Under the pieces are notes generated by a model. That model was not told the origin of the DNA. It searched no databases and worked only from the letters and a program-made list of their open reading frames with translations. Below, in pieces: positions 48,701-57,055 of a DNA stretch of 64,000 nt. Position 1 is the stretch's first letter; each line of letters opens with the position of its first letter. Source of the DNA: Thermodesulfobacteriota bacterium (GTDB lineage Bacteria > Desulfobacterota > Desulfobacteria > Desulfobacterales > SURF-7); the NCBI GenBank assembly GCA_049320885.1, contig JBMORA010000014.1:32001-96000 (forward strand), given 5' to 3'. Made by a program: the position numbers and the translations under genes.

Positions 48701-49034
48701 GGTTAAAGGCTTTCTGCAGGAGGAAGGATACACCGTTCTGGATGCCGAGGACGGCATGGCGGCCTGGGAGATATTGAACCAGCATTCCGAAACGATCAAA
48801 CTCGTATTGACCGACCTCGAAATGCCGCATATGGACGGATTCGAGCTGACCGCGAAAATCAAGGCCGATCCTCGATATGCGCAACTGAAGGTGGTTGCTT
48901 TGACTTCCCTGGCCGGTGACGAGGACATCGCCAAGGGTGCGAAATTCGGAATAGACGATTATCAGCTCAAGCTGGACCGTGATAAACTGATTGAAACGGT
49001 CCGGGGGCATCTATCCAGCATCAAGTCAAGTTGA
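45753..49034 (+). CDS. cheA: Hybrid chemotaxis histidine kinase (Hpt, HATPase, two CheW domains, C-terminal receiver)
   Basis: FRAAHSIKG, HLVRNAVDHGIE, DDGKG, GFST, GRGVGMDVV, LPLTLAI; C-terminal AEDS/TDLEMP receiver. Confidence 0.96.
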   Translation: MIFEDDETLRMYVEESKDHLVDIENDLLAIEETGEDIDEDLVNNVFRAAHSIKGGAGFMGLSKIKELAHKIENVLGMVRSREIVPTPDIISTLLRAFDTLREMIFNVETSNDMDINGHVTELVALTTASLPDDEKESISLMVDVALPGGRKVLQAPKFDIDHARREGRFIYLVEYDLIHDIQRKRKTPLDVISYLLNSGTIIQSKIDIDAVGTLDADVPSGIPFYVLFASIIEPEIIPSLFDVDEQFVHQVTDDMCSPVGAESTGRSKPVEMETRPEKKKAASPLPVATAAPQGNDGFSAEEGSGKMDSEMPEDEEVGEKQDGKPVAAGDVQDVFAEKNGAAKNAVSQASLRVNVGLLDLLMTLAGELVLSRNQLMQAVSTNNMRTLETAGQRIDMVTSELQEAIMRTRMQSIANVFNKFPRVVRDLAKELGKEVDLVIEGKNVELDKTIIEAISDPLTHLVRNAVDHGIETPEIRRGLGKHAIGRVKLSAYHEAGQVNIEISDDGKGLDGDKLVSSAIKRGLLSEQHAALMSEKEKIGLIFLPGFSTAQKVTDVSGRGVGMDVVKTNLDKLGGIVDIESKIGEGTVIRIKLPLTLAIIPSQIIDVGNERYAIPQVNLNELLRIPAAQVKNRIEKVGDANVVRLRGNLLPLLNLSQVLKIRKTFHDPMDGRLLPERRDNIADRRSRRNPLFSSDEMQGESERLSSAEVDANEITPRSEQERRISIRSAINIAVVSAGAFKYGLVVDQLRDSEEIVVKPLGRHLKGCSGYAGATIMGDGKVALILDVAGLAQMAQLTSLEGTNRVSEAALDAAKQKKAEKDKVSLLLFRNAEKEQCAVPLGLVERIERIKVANIEVVGGKKVIQYRGGSLPLFSIDQVAKVKPLPDFDQLEVVVFRLAGREVGLMVTPPVDAVDVVVTIDTITLRQTGIMGSAIIGEYTTLIIDMYEIVRTVNPEWFDDADASASPQGGSTILFAEDSAFFRNQVKGFLQEEGYTVLDAEDGMAAWEILNQHSETIKLVLTDLEMPHMDGFELTAKIKADPRYAQLKVVALTSLAGDEDIAKGAKFGIDDYQLKLDRDKLIETVRGHLSSIKSS

Positions 49035-49090
49035 AACAGACCGTATGATAAGGACCACCGGTCGATCAGGCGGTAAACGGAGATTTTCCG

Positions 49091-49543
49091 ATGAATGAAA
49101 GAAACCAGCGGAAACAGAACAAACTTGTTGAATTGGCGACTTTTTATATTGGTGACGCTCTTTGCGGTATCGACATCCTGAACATTCAGGAAATCAATCG
49201 CCACCTGGATGTCACCTGGGTTCCCCAGGCACCGGAATATGTTCTCGGTGTCCTTAATCTGCGGGGTCGCATCGTAACAGTGATTGATCTGGGGAAAAAA
49301 CTGGGCCTTTCCCCGATTTCACCCGGTAAGGACAACCGTAATATCATTGTTGACTCACAGGATGAACAAATCGGTTTTCTCGTGGACAGCATCAGTGACG
49401 TTATTTTGGCGGAAACCGATAAAATCGAACCGGCGCCATCCAATATCGGCGGTTTGCAGGGGAAATATTTCAAGGGAGTCTTGAAGACCGAAAACAGTCT
49501 TGTGGGCGTGCTCGATATCAATACGACACTTAAAGACGACTGA
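49091..49543 (+). CDS. cheW: Chemotaxis coupling protein
   Basis: IQEI, VPQAPEYVLGVLNLRGRIVTVIDL, GFLVD. Confidence 0.95.
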   Translation: MNERNQRKQNKLVELATFYIGDALCGIDILNIQEINRHLDVTWVPQAPEYVLGVLNLRGRIVTVIDLGKKLGLSPISPGKDNRNIIVDSQDEQIGFLVDSISDVILAETDKIEPAPSNIGGLQGKYFKGVLKTENSLVGVLDINTTLKDD

Positions 49544-49607
49544 TGTCAATTCCGATCTGCGGTTTTTCCAAAAACGGCCGAAACCGGCGACCAACTCGAA
49601 GAAAACC

Positions 49608-50750
49608 ATGAATCAGACAAAACCAATCAGAATTCTCGTCGTGGACGACACCATCGTCTATCGGAAAATAGTGAGTGATGTTCTGACCGAGTTGCCGGGT
49701 GTTGAGGTCGTCGGCACCGCCAACAACGGAAAGATCGCGCTTACCAAAATCAGCGCCCTGGAACCGGATTTAATCACCCTCGATATTGAGATGCCGGAAA
49801 TGAACGGAATTGAGGTGCTGGAACACATTCGCAGGGAAAACCTGCCGGTCGGGGTCATTGTTCTCAGCACGTTGACCTATGAGGGTGGGGATCTCACCAT
49901 TCACGCCCTGGAACTCGGTGCGTTCGATTTTATACCCAAGCCTCAATCCGGCACGATGACGGAAAACCGTGAATCGATAAAGAATTTTCTTGCTCCGATG
50001 CTGAAAGCTTTCCAGAGGCGGCGGGAGATTAAAAATATATTGCTTGGAGGTACGCCGGCCGCCAAACCGAAAGAAATGAAAAAGGGGCTGAAAAAAACGG
50101 CGACGACCGAAATCACCGATGATGTGATCCAGCGCATGCACCGGCTTTCCGGGAGGATCAAACCGAAATCCGAAATCATTGTCATCGGTATTTCCACCGG
50201 TGGGCCCAATGCCTTGTCCCTAATGATGCCCCAGATACCTTCCAATATCGGTGTTCCCATACTGATTGTCCAGCACATGCCGCCCATTTTCACCCAATCT
50301 CTCGCCAATAGCTTGGGCGCCAAATGCGGCATTCCGGTTCAGGAAGCGCGGGATGGAGAGATTGTAATTCCCAATAAGGTCTTGATTGCACCGGGCGGGA
50401 AACAAATGAAAGTGGCTGCCAGTCCCGATGGAAAGAACCGCATTATTCGGATTACGGACGACCCTCCTGAAAACAGTTGTAAGCCTTCGGTTGATTACCT
50501 TTTCCGTTCGATTGCCGATCACTATGTAGGCAGGGCCACTGGGGTGATCATGACGGGTATGGGATCGGATGGGCGCGACGGCGCGCGACGGATGAAGCAA
50601 AAAGGCGCATTCATCATCGCCCAGGACGAAAGCACCTGCACTGTTTTCGGCATGCCGAAGGAGATTATTGAAATCGGCATTGCCGATGCAGTCGTACCTC
50701 TTGATCAGATAGCCCAGGAAATCGTCCAAACCGTTAAAGGGTATTACTAG
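49608..50750 (+). CDS. cheB: Chemotaxis response regulator methylesterase
   Basis: Receiver domain plus GISTGGP, VQHMPP, PSVD.LF, MTGMGSDG, AQDE...VFGMP. Confidence 0.96.
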   Translation: MNQTKPIRILVVDDTIVYRKIVSDVLTELPGVEVVGTANNGKIALTKISALEPDLITLDIEMPEMNGIEVLEHIRRENLPVGVIVLSTLTYEGGDLTIHALELGAFDFIPKPQSGTMTENRESIKNFLAPMLKAFQRRREIKNILLGGTPAAKPKEMKKGLKKTATTEITDDVIQRMHRLSGRIKPKSEIIVIGISTGGPNALSLMMPQIPSNIGVPILIVQHMPPIFTQSLANSLGAKCGIPVQEARDGEIVIPNKVLIAPGGKQMKVAASPDGKNRIIRITDDPPENSCKPSVDYLFRSIADHYVGRATGVIMTGMGSDGRDGARRMKQKGAFIIAQDESTCTVFGMPKEIIEIGIADAVVPLDQIAQEIVQTVKGYY

Positions 50751-50761
50751 TCGGGCGGTCC

Positions 50762-51604
50762 ATGCGAAAAATTGCCCCAGATGAGTATAGTGTATTCACC
50801 AAGTATATCGTTGATATATCCGGTATTGCCTTGGGGAAGGGAAAGGAATATTTAATTGAAACACGCCTGAATCCGATTTTGGTGGAGTTAGGATGCGCAT
50901 CGTTTGCCGAACTTTACCACCGGGCGCGAACGGATCTGACGAAAACAATTGAAAAAAAAATCATTGACGCCATTTCGACCAATGAAACTTATTTTTTTCG
51001 GGATGGTTCGCCTTTCGAACTCCTTCAGCACAAAATCATACCGGATCTGATTGATAAGCGTACGGCCGGCCTGAAGAAAACGGATCCCGTACCCATCCGC
51101 ATTTGGAGCGCCGCCAGCTCGACCGGTCAGGAGATATACAGCATCGCCATCGTTTTGAAGGAACTATATCTTGATCCCAAGCGATTTCAGATTCGGTTGC
51201 TGGGGACCGATATTTCCGGTGCGGCAATAGCACAAGCAAGCTATGGCAGATATAACAAATTTGAAATTTCCAGGGGGTTGACACCGCCCAAAATCAAGAA
51301 ATTTTTTAACCCGGATGGCGATTCCTATCGAATAAAAGATGAACTGAGAGCCATGGTGATTTTCAGGAAACTGAATCTGACGGAATCGTTTATCGGGTTA
51401 GGAAAATTCGATATTATTCTGTGCCGGAATGTCGCCATATATTTTTCCCCGGCGGAGCGAAAACGATTGTATGAGAAGATCGCAACTGTTTTGGAACCGG
51501 ATGGATATTTAATGATCGGTTCAACGGAATCGCTGACCAGTGATACAGGCCTTTTCGAACCGCAGAAATATTTGCGGGCGGTTTTTTACCAGTTCAAAAG
51601 ATAA
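50762..51604 (+). CDS. cheR: Chemotaxis methyltransferase
   Basis: STNETYFFRD, RIWSAASSTGQEIYS, GTDIS, FDIILCRNVAIYF, GSTES. Confidence 0.96.
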   Translation: MRKIAPDEYSVFTKYIVDISGIALGKGKEYLIETRLNPILVELGCASFAELYHRARTDLTKTIEKKIIDAISTNETYFFRDGSPFELLQHKIIPDLIDKRTAGLKKTDPVPIRIWSAASSTGQEIYSIAIVLKELYLDPKRFQIRLLGTDISGAAIAQASYGRYNKFEISRGLTPPKIKKFFNPDGDSYRIKDELRAMVIFRKLNLTESFIGLGKFDIILCRNVAIYFSPAERKRLYEKIATVLEPDGYLMIGSTESLTSDTGLFEPQKYLRAVFYQFKR

Positions 51605-51627
51605 AAACCTTACCACACAGGTGGTTC

Positions 51628-53298
51628 ATGAGTGAAATAAAGGAAAAGGATTTTATTGCCGAAATCAAATTCTGCATCGACCGGGAGGATCTTGTCAAAG
51701 CAAAAGCCCTGGTTCAGTTTTTTGCAGAAATCAATCCGAAAGCGCAAAATCGGGTATTGTATGAACTGAGCAAATCCAAGGACGAAATGGCTTTCCCGGT
51801 ATTGGATTATCTTCTTGGTCTGGAAAGCGGAGATGGTCGGATCAATCAGAAAATATATGATCTGCTTCTGGAAATTTGTTATGGCAACCCGAAAATGGTT
51901 GTGGAGCATCTGAAAAAGACAGGATACCCGCACCGGCATATCTATATTCAGATAGCAGCCGATTTGAAGCTTCGGGAAGCGGTGCCGGCACTCATCGATA
52001 TCCTTCATTCCGAGTCCCCGGCTACTATTATCGTTGAATGCATCCGGGCTCTGGGCGCTATCGGCAGCCAGGAAAGCATATCGGCGCTGTTGGGATATAT
52101 TGATTCCGCGGATATGGCCTTGCGAGAAGCGGGGGTATCCGCTTTGACGGAGATCGGAAACAAGGCCGTGGTTGAGGGTTTATCCAATGCCATCGTTGGG
52201 GACAAACGTGACAAATCGATTGTCGAAGGGCTTGCGGCCATTCAAACCCGGAATTCCATGGAAAAGCTGAGCGGTTTTTTACGATCCGATTCAGCGGATT
52301 TGCGGAGCCTGGTGATCGACAGCTTAATCAAAATCGGTCCGAAAGCGGTTCCTAGCCTGATTGATCAACTGGAATCCAATGATTCAGATCAGCAGGTGCA
52401 CGCGCTCACCATATTAGGAAAAATCGGCGATAAAACCGCAGTACCCGCCATCCAGCAGCTCCTTTACAAAAAACCGGAAAATCCAAACGTACGATTTGGC
52501 GCTTATGAGGCGCTCGGGCGGTTGCCCGCTTCCAAGGCGGCCATCAGCCTGGCCATCGGGCTCGGTGATCCCGATGAACAGGTTTGTCTGGCCGCAGCGA
52601 AGGCGATTGATAAGAATCTGAACCATGTGCTTGTCGCCGGTTTGAAAAACATGATCAGCAATGAAGATCAGGACGCCAGGAGGGTCGTGGCTGCATTGAT
52701 CGACTCTGGAGCAGATGCCGTATTCGACATGCTGATTGATTGGGAGCCTTTTCCGTCGATTGCCCTGGACTACCTAGTCCATGGTGCGCATCCGGAAATG
52801 AAGAACCACTACCTGAACATCCTTACGGCCAAAGGGCGGACTGAACTGGCGGAGCGTATTATCAAGGAAACGCCGCCTGAAAAAAAAGAGGTCAGGCCCG
52901 TCATTTATGCGGTAGATGATTCCACCATGATGCTGAGGTTATACCAGAAGAAATTACACGCCATGGGGTATGAACCGGTTCTCTTTCAATATCCGGCCGA
53001 AGCGATCGCCGCCGTTAACAAAAGCAAGCCCGCGTTGGTTATTACCGATTTGAACATGCCTCAGATCAATGGATTGCAATTGAGCAAAGAGTTGAGGTCC
53101 ATGTATGACGCGATGAAACTACCCATTGTCATGATTACTACCCAAAGTGATTTTATAGGACGATCCAGGGACAAAACATCAGCACCGATAAGCGAGAAAG
53201 AGATCCGACGGGCGGGTGTTGATGAAATCATCCACAAACCGTTCAGGGACTCCCATTTGGATGCCGTTATCAAGAAGCTTATCGGGCCTCGTCCGTAA
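51628..53298 (+). CDS. HEAT-repeat protein with C-terminal receiver domain
   Basis: Repeated ALGxIG/AVPAL helices; VDDS, ITDLNMP, MITT, IHKP. Confidence 0.9.
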   Translation: MSEIKEKDFIAEIKFCIDREDLVKAKALVQFFAEINPKAQNRVLYELSKSKDEMAFPVLDYLLGLESGDGRINQKIYDLLLEICYGNPKMVVEHLKKTGYPHRHIYIQIAADLKLREAVPALIDILHSESPATIIVECIRALGAIGSQESISALLGYIDSADMALREAGVSALTEIGNKAVVEGLSNAIVGDKRDKSIVEGLAAIQTRNSMEKLSGFLRSDSADLRSLVIDSLIKIGPKAVPSLIDQLESNDSDQQVHALTILGKIGDKTAVPAIQQLLYKKPENPNVRFGAYEALGRLPASKAAISLAIGLGDPDEQVCLAAAKAIDKNLNHVLVAGLKNMISNEDQDARRVVAALIDSGADAVFDMLIDWEPFPSIALDYLVHGAHPEMKNHYLNILTAKGRTELAERIIKETPPEKKEVRPVIYAVDDSTMMLRLYQKKLHAMGYEPVLFQYPAEAIAAVNKSKPALVITDLNMPQINGLQLSKELRSMYDAMKLPIVMITTQSDFIGRSRDKTSAPISEKEIRRAGVDEIIHKPFRDSHLDAVIKKLIGPRP

Positions 53299-53306
53299 GC
53301 ACCATG

Positions 53307-53570
53307 CTATGGGTGTTTGTGACGATCGATCGATTTTGCGGCTTCTTCAAGAAGTTCGTTTATGGTTGCTACCAGTTTCGATGCTTCCGTAAGCTTTTGC
53401 GCGACTGACATCAAACCGGCTTTTTCGGCCTGCTTTGTCCATTCCGCGTAAGTGGCCGAATGGTCGTTGTTATGTCGGATCCAATGCCGGAGTATCTTGT
53501 CAAGTTTTTCTTCAAATGATAAGGATTGTTCCGCTTCATGATGGTGGTGATGGTGGTGATGGTGATCCAT
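53307..53570 (-). CDS. Small His-rich helical protein (metal-binding candidate)
   Basis: GGAGGG RBS; MD(H)9E...KL..IL.HWI.HN.DH...Y..W. Confidence 0.85.
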   Translation of the reverse strand: MDHHHHHHHHHEAEQSLSFEEKLDKILRHWIRHNNDHSATYAEWTKQAEKAGLMSVAQKLTEASKLVATINELLEEAAKSIDRHKHP

Positions 53571-53819
53571 GGCCCCTCCGCCGTATCGTTTGTCGTTGGA
53601 ATCGTATATATCCGGAATGTATAATGGGGTAATATCTGTTTACTATGAAAATAGTTTCTCCGAAACAAATCGGTCCTAATTATTAAAACAATGCTGGAAT
53701 ATAGAAAAATGCAGCGGAATAGTCAAGCCTGGGTGAATCCTGGATGAGGAGAAGATAAATGTTTTTCAAAGGGATTGATCCGAGGTGTTTCCGTTTCATC
53801 CATCTCAAATGAGTTTACA

Positions 53820-55787
53820 ATGGCGGATGCAATGAAAAGGAAACGGCAGGTTCAGATCATACTATTGTTTTTTACTGCAGTTGTCTGTGGAACAGCCGCT
53901 GGCGTTTTGTTGGCTTTCTCCCACGACCTGCCGCAGATTCGTTTTCTTGAATCGTATAAGCCCTCCGCGATTACCCGGATCTATTCGGCCGATCACGTGT
54001 TGCTGTCGGAATTGTATGCGGAAAATCGGGATCCGGTGCCTTTTCACATTATCCCCGAGTATTTAAAAAAAGCATTGATTATTACCGAAGACCGCAAATT
54101 TTATACGCACAGCGGAATGGATATTAAAGGTATTGTCAGGGCTGTTATAAAGGATGTGCTAGCGTTGGAACCCCTGGAAGGCGCCAGCACCATTACCATG
54201 CAGTTGAGTAAAACCCTGTTCCTGGACAGCCGAAAAACAATTAAAAGAAAACTGAAAGAGGCGATTCTGGCGTTTCAACTGGAGCGAAGATACACCAAGG
54301 ACGAATTACTTGGTCTGTATATGAATCAAATTTATTTCGGCAGCGGTGCATATGGCATCAAAGCAGCAGCCAGGATATATTTCAACAAACCGGTTCAGGA
54401 ACTCACACTGTCTGAATGTGCTTTGATAGCTGGGATGCCTAAGGCGCCTTCGCAATATTCACCGTTAGTCAATCCAGTTTTGGCCTTGAAAAGAAGAAAC
54501 ATTGTCTTGAAACAGATGGTAAATACTGGAACCATCAGCCAGGTTCAATTTCAGGCCGCCGCGAACGAGCCGCTTTGTTTAGCTGAAAACAAAAAACAAT
54601 TGATCAGAGCCCCCTATTTTGTTGACCATATCGTTAAAGGTCTGGAAACGGAAATCGGTTCCTCGATCTTATATAAAGGGGGCCTTTCAATTTACACCAC
54701 TCTGGATTTCCGACTGCAACAAGAAGCGGAGTACACGATTCAAAGCCATATGGCGGCACTGACGGGCCGGATGCTGCATCACAAGATTACCAACCCGGAT
54801 CCACAGGCAGCGATGTTGACGCTGGATATTTCGGCCGGATCCATTCTCTGCATGGTTGGTGGAAAATCGTATGACAAGAGTCGACTCAACAGAGCTGTCA
54901 CTGTCAGGCGTCAAGCGGGATCGGCTTTCCAACCGATAGTGTATGCCTGTGCCGCGGAAAATGGAATTCCGCAGAATACCTTGATAACGGACATGCCGGC
55001 TTCCTTTCCAGGGAACAGAAAGGGAAGCACTTGGAAGCCGGAAAATTTTTCCGGACGATATGGCGGTGAAATGACGCTGCGGAAAGCACTGGCGCAGTCC
55101 AAAAACATCCCGGCCGTAAAGCTGTTGGAAATGCTTGGTACCGGGACCGTAATGCAATTTGCGAGAGATCTGGGAATAAGTGGACCGCTTTCGCCGGATC
55201 TGTCTCTGGCTCTGGGAACATCGGCTGTTAGTTTGATGGAATTGGTGGCGGCATATGCTGTGTTTCCGAACAGGGGGAACTATATCCGGCCATATGGGAT
55301 CCAGGAAATCCAAGATGCATCCGGACGGATTATCTGGCGGGGCAAACCCCATAAACAGGTTGCCATGTCACGGAAAGGTGCGGCGATTATAACCGATATG
55401 CTTAAAGGCGCGGTCGATGAAGGTACCGGTAAAAAAGCAAGAAATCATCTGAATGGCCCCTTGGCCGGCAAATCAGGCACCACCATTGAATATAGGGATT
55501 CGTTGTTTATCGGTTTTTCACCGGCCATTATCACCGGCGTCTGGGTAGGGGATGATGCCTACCGGTCTCTCGGTGAAGGAGAAACAGGGGCACGGACGGC
55601 ATTGCCCATCTGGATTGATTTCATGCAGGCCGCCTTGCAACGGGAATCGACACAATATTTTGATTTTCCAGATGATGTTGTAAAAATACGAATTGATCCA
55701 GTAACCGGTCTTCCGGTTTCCGCGGAGAATGTAAAAGGAGTGGACGTGCTGTTTATTAAAGGTACCGAACCCGAAAAAAAGGGATGA
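53820..55787 (+). CDS. Class A penicillin-binding protein (PBP1A family)
   Basis: Transglycosylase motifs EDRKFY.H.G, GASTITMQL, RKLKE; transpeptidase motifs SAFQ (SxxK variant), SKN, KSGT. Confidence 0.93.
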   Translation: MADAMKRKRQVQIILLFFTAVVCGTAAGVLLAFSHDLPQIRFLESYKPSAITRIYSADHVLLSELYAENRDPVPFHIIPEYLKKALIITEDRKFYTHSGMDIKGIVRAVIKDVLALEPLEGASTITMQLSKTLFLDSRKTIKRKLKEAILAFQLERRYTKDELLGLYMNQIYFGSGAYGIKAAARIYFNKPVQELTLSECALIAGMPKAPSQYSPLVNPVLALKRRNIVLKQMVNTGTISQVQFQAAANEPLCLAENKKQLIRAPYFVDHIVKGLETEIGSSILYKGGLSIYTTLDFRLQQEAEYTIQSHMAALTGRMLHHKITNPDPQAAMLTLDISAGSILCMVGGKSYDKSRLNRAVTVRRQAGSAFQPIVYACAAENGIPQNTLITDMPASFPGNRKGSTWKPENFSGRYGGEMTLRKALAQSKNIPAVKLLEMLGTGTVMQFARDLGISGPLSPDLSLALGTSAVSLMELVAAYAVFPNRGNYIRPYGIQEIQDASGRIIWRGKPHKQVAMSRKGAAIITDMLKGAVDEGTGKKARNHLNGPLAGKSGTTIEYRDSLFIGFSPAIITGVWVGDDAYRSLGEGETGARTALPIWIDFMQAALQRESTQYFDFPDDVVKIRIDPVTGLPVSAENVKGVDVLFIKGTEPEKKG

Positions 55788-55808
55788 CATCTGTCGTGAC
55801 ATCTGTCG
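55785..55808. repeat. Exact 12-bp tandem duplication TGACATCTGTCG x2
   Basis: 55785-55796 and 55797-55808; contains the PBP stop codon. Confidence 0.85.
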
Positions 55809-55837
55809 TTGACACCGGGAATCATGTTTTTTATAAT
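55809..55837 (+). promoter_or_regulatory. Perfect-consensus sigma70 promoter of the TetR gene
   Basis: TTGACA-N17-TATAAT. Confidence 0.72.
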
Positions 55838-55883
55838 CAGCCATCAATCCCAGGATAGACCGAACCGTTGATCCTATGCAACC

Positions 55884-56516
55884 ATGACCGGGTCCATGAA
55901 AATCACAACGCACCAGACTCAGGAAGAGAAGAGCAGGGTCATGCGCTTGCGCCTGATGGAGGCGACTCTCGCTTGCCTGCAGGAACGCGGTTATCATGGG
56001 ACCTCGTTGACCCAAATACTGAAGCGAGCGGGTGTTTCAAGAGGTGCCTGGAGACACCATTATAACAGTAAAAAAGAACTTGTCGCCGCATCGGCGGAGC
56101 ACTTTTTAAAAGGTCCTGTGAACAGCGCGCGGGATTTGATGATCAAGCGAAAAAACGAAAAAGCCGGATTATCGTATTTAGTGGATTATATATGGGATAA
56201 CTTTTATCAGGGGCCATATCGGGATATATGGCTTGAATTCCATGTGGCCTGCAGGACGGATCGAGAACTTCGACAGCGTCTGGTGCCGGTAATCCAGCGG
56301 TTTTTTCGGACATTGGATGATCTGTGGAGGGAACACTTCCAAACAACGAAGGCAACCGATGCCGATGTCGATATCCTGTTGAACCTGACCTTGTATGTCT
56401 TGCGAGGAATGGCTATTCAATCCATTATAATAGAAGATGTAAAATACTATCAAGGCCTTCGCACCCAATGGCTGAATATGATCGCGCCGTTGATTGCCAT
56501 TCGTCATGGCGGATAA
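55884..56516 (+). CDS. TetR/AcrR family transcriptional regulator
   Basis: RLMEAT...L.ERGY.GTS...I..RAGVSRGA..HHY.SK.EL. Confidence 0.93.
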   Translation: MTGSMKITTHQTQEEKSRVMRLRLMEATLACLQERGYHGTSLTQILKRAGVSRGAWRHHYNSKKELVAASAEHFLKGPVNSARDLMIKRKNEKAGLSYLVDYIWDNFYQGPYRDIWLEFHVACRTDRELRQRLVPVIQRFFRTLDDLWREHFQTTKATDADVDILLNLTLYVLRGMAIQSIIIEDVKYYQGLRTQWLNMIAPLIAIRHGG

Positions 56517-56688
56517 CCATTTGTTCCTTTAATATTTGTTTGTTTTCCAAGCCCAACTCCACGTGCGGGGACGTAAACGGTAATCAACGGCACCGCAGGC
56601 CATCCCTCGTTCAGGGGGTTCGAAAAGGTACCTAAACCGGGAAAAACGATTCTGACAGACGGAAACAGGTTTTTCGGCAATTTTGATG

Positions 56689-56704
56689 CCACTATATATA
56701 GTGG
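56689..56704. promoter_or_regulatory. Perfect 16-bp palindrome CCACTATATATAGTGG (NrdR-box-like)
   Basis: Self-complementary; a related copy TCACAATATAATGTAA starts at 56719. Confidence 0.55.
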
Positions 56705-56848
56705 TATTAAAAAAGTGATCACAATATAATGTAAATAGATTAAAACAGAATTATAGTTATATATAATTTACTTGACTTAGTGTTAATTTAATATAATTAA
56801 TGCGTATCATCAATTCCAGAAAAACCAGTTTTTAACAAGGTATGGGCT

Positions 56849-57046
56849 ATGAGAAAAAGTGCTCTCAGCAAAATCAGAGAATCGCTTTTGATGAGTAAAT
56901 CTGAATTAGCGAGAAAAGCGAATGTTTCCCCGATAACGATCGCTCGGATCGAACAGGGGAAACCCTGTCGAATGGAAACCAAGCGAAAGATAATCCTGGC
57001 TCTCGGGTATAAGCTTTCTGACCAACATAAGATTTTCAGCGAATAA
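56849..57046 (+). CDS. Small XRE-family HTH protein
   Basis: IRESLLMSKSELARKANVSPITIARIEQG; ends 9 nt before pilM. Confidence 0.88.
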   Translation: MRKSALSKIRESLLMSKSELARKANVSPITIARIEQGKPCRMETKRKIILALGYKLSDQHKIFSE

Positions 57047-57055
57047 GAGCGCGTT

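Noticed and set aside
56548..56600. Partial resemblance to a GEMM (c-di-GMP-I/cGAMP) riboswitch: GCCCAACTCC...GGGGACGTAAA
   Set aside because: No GNRA tetraloop, receptor or P1 stem, and it lies upstream of the likely pil promoter; an Infernal search against the Rfam c-di-GMP-I model would settle it
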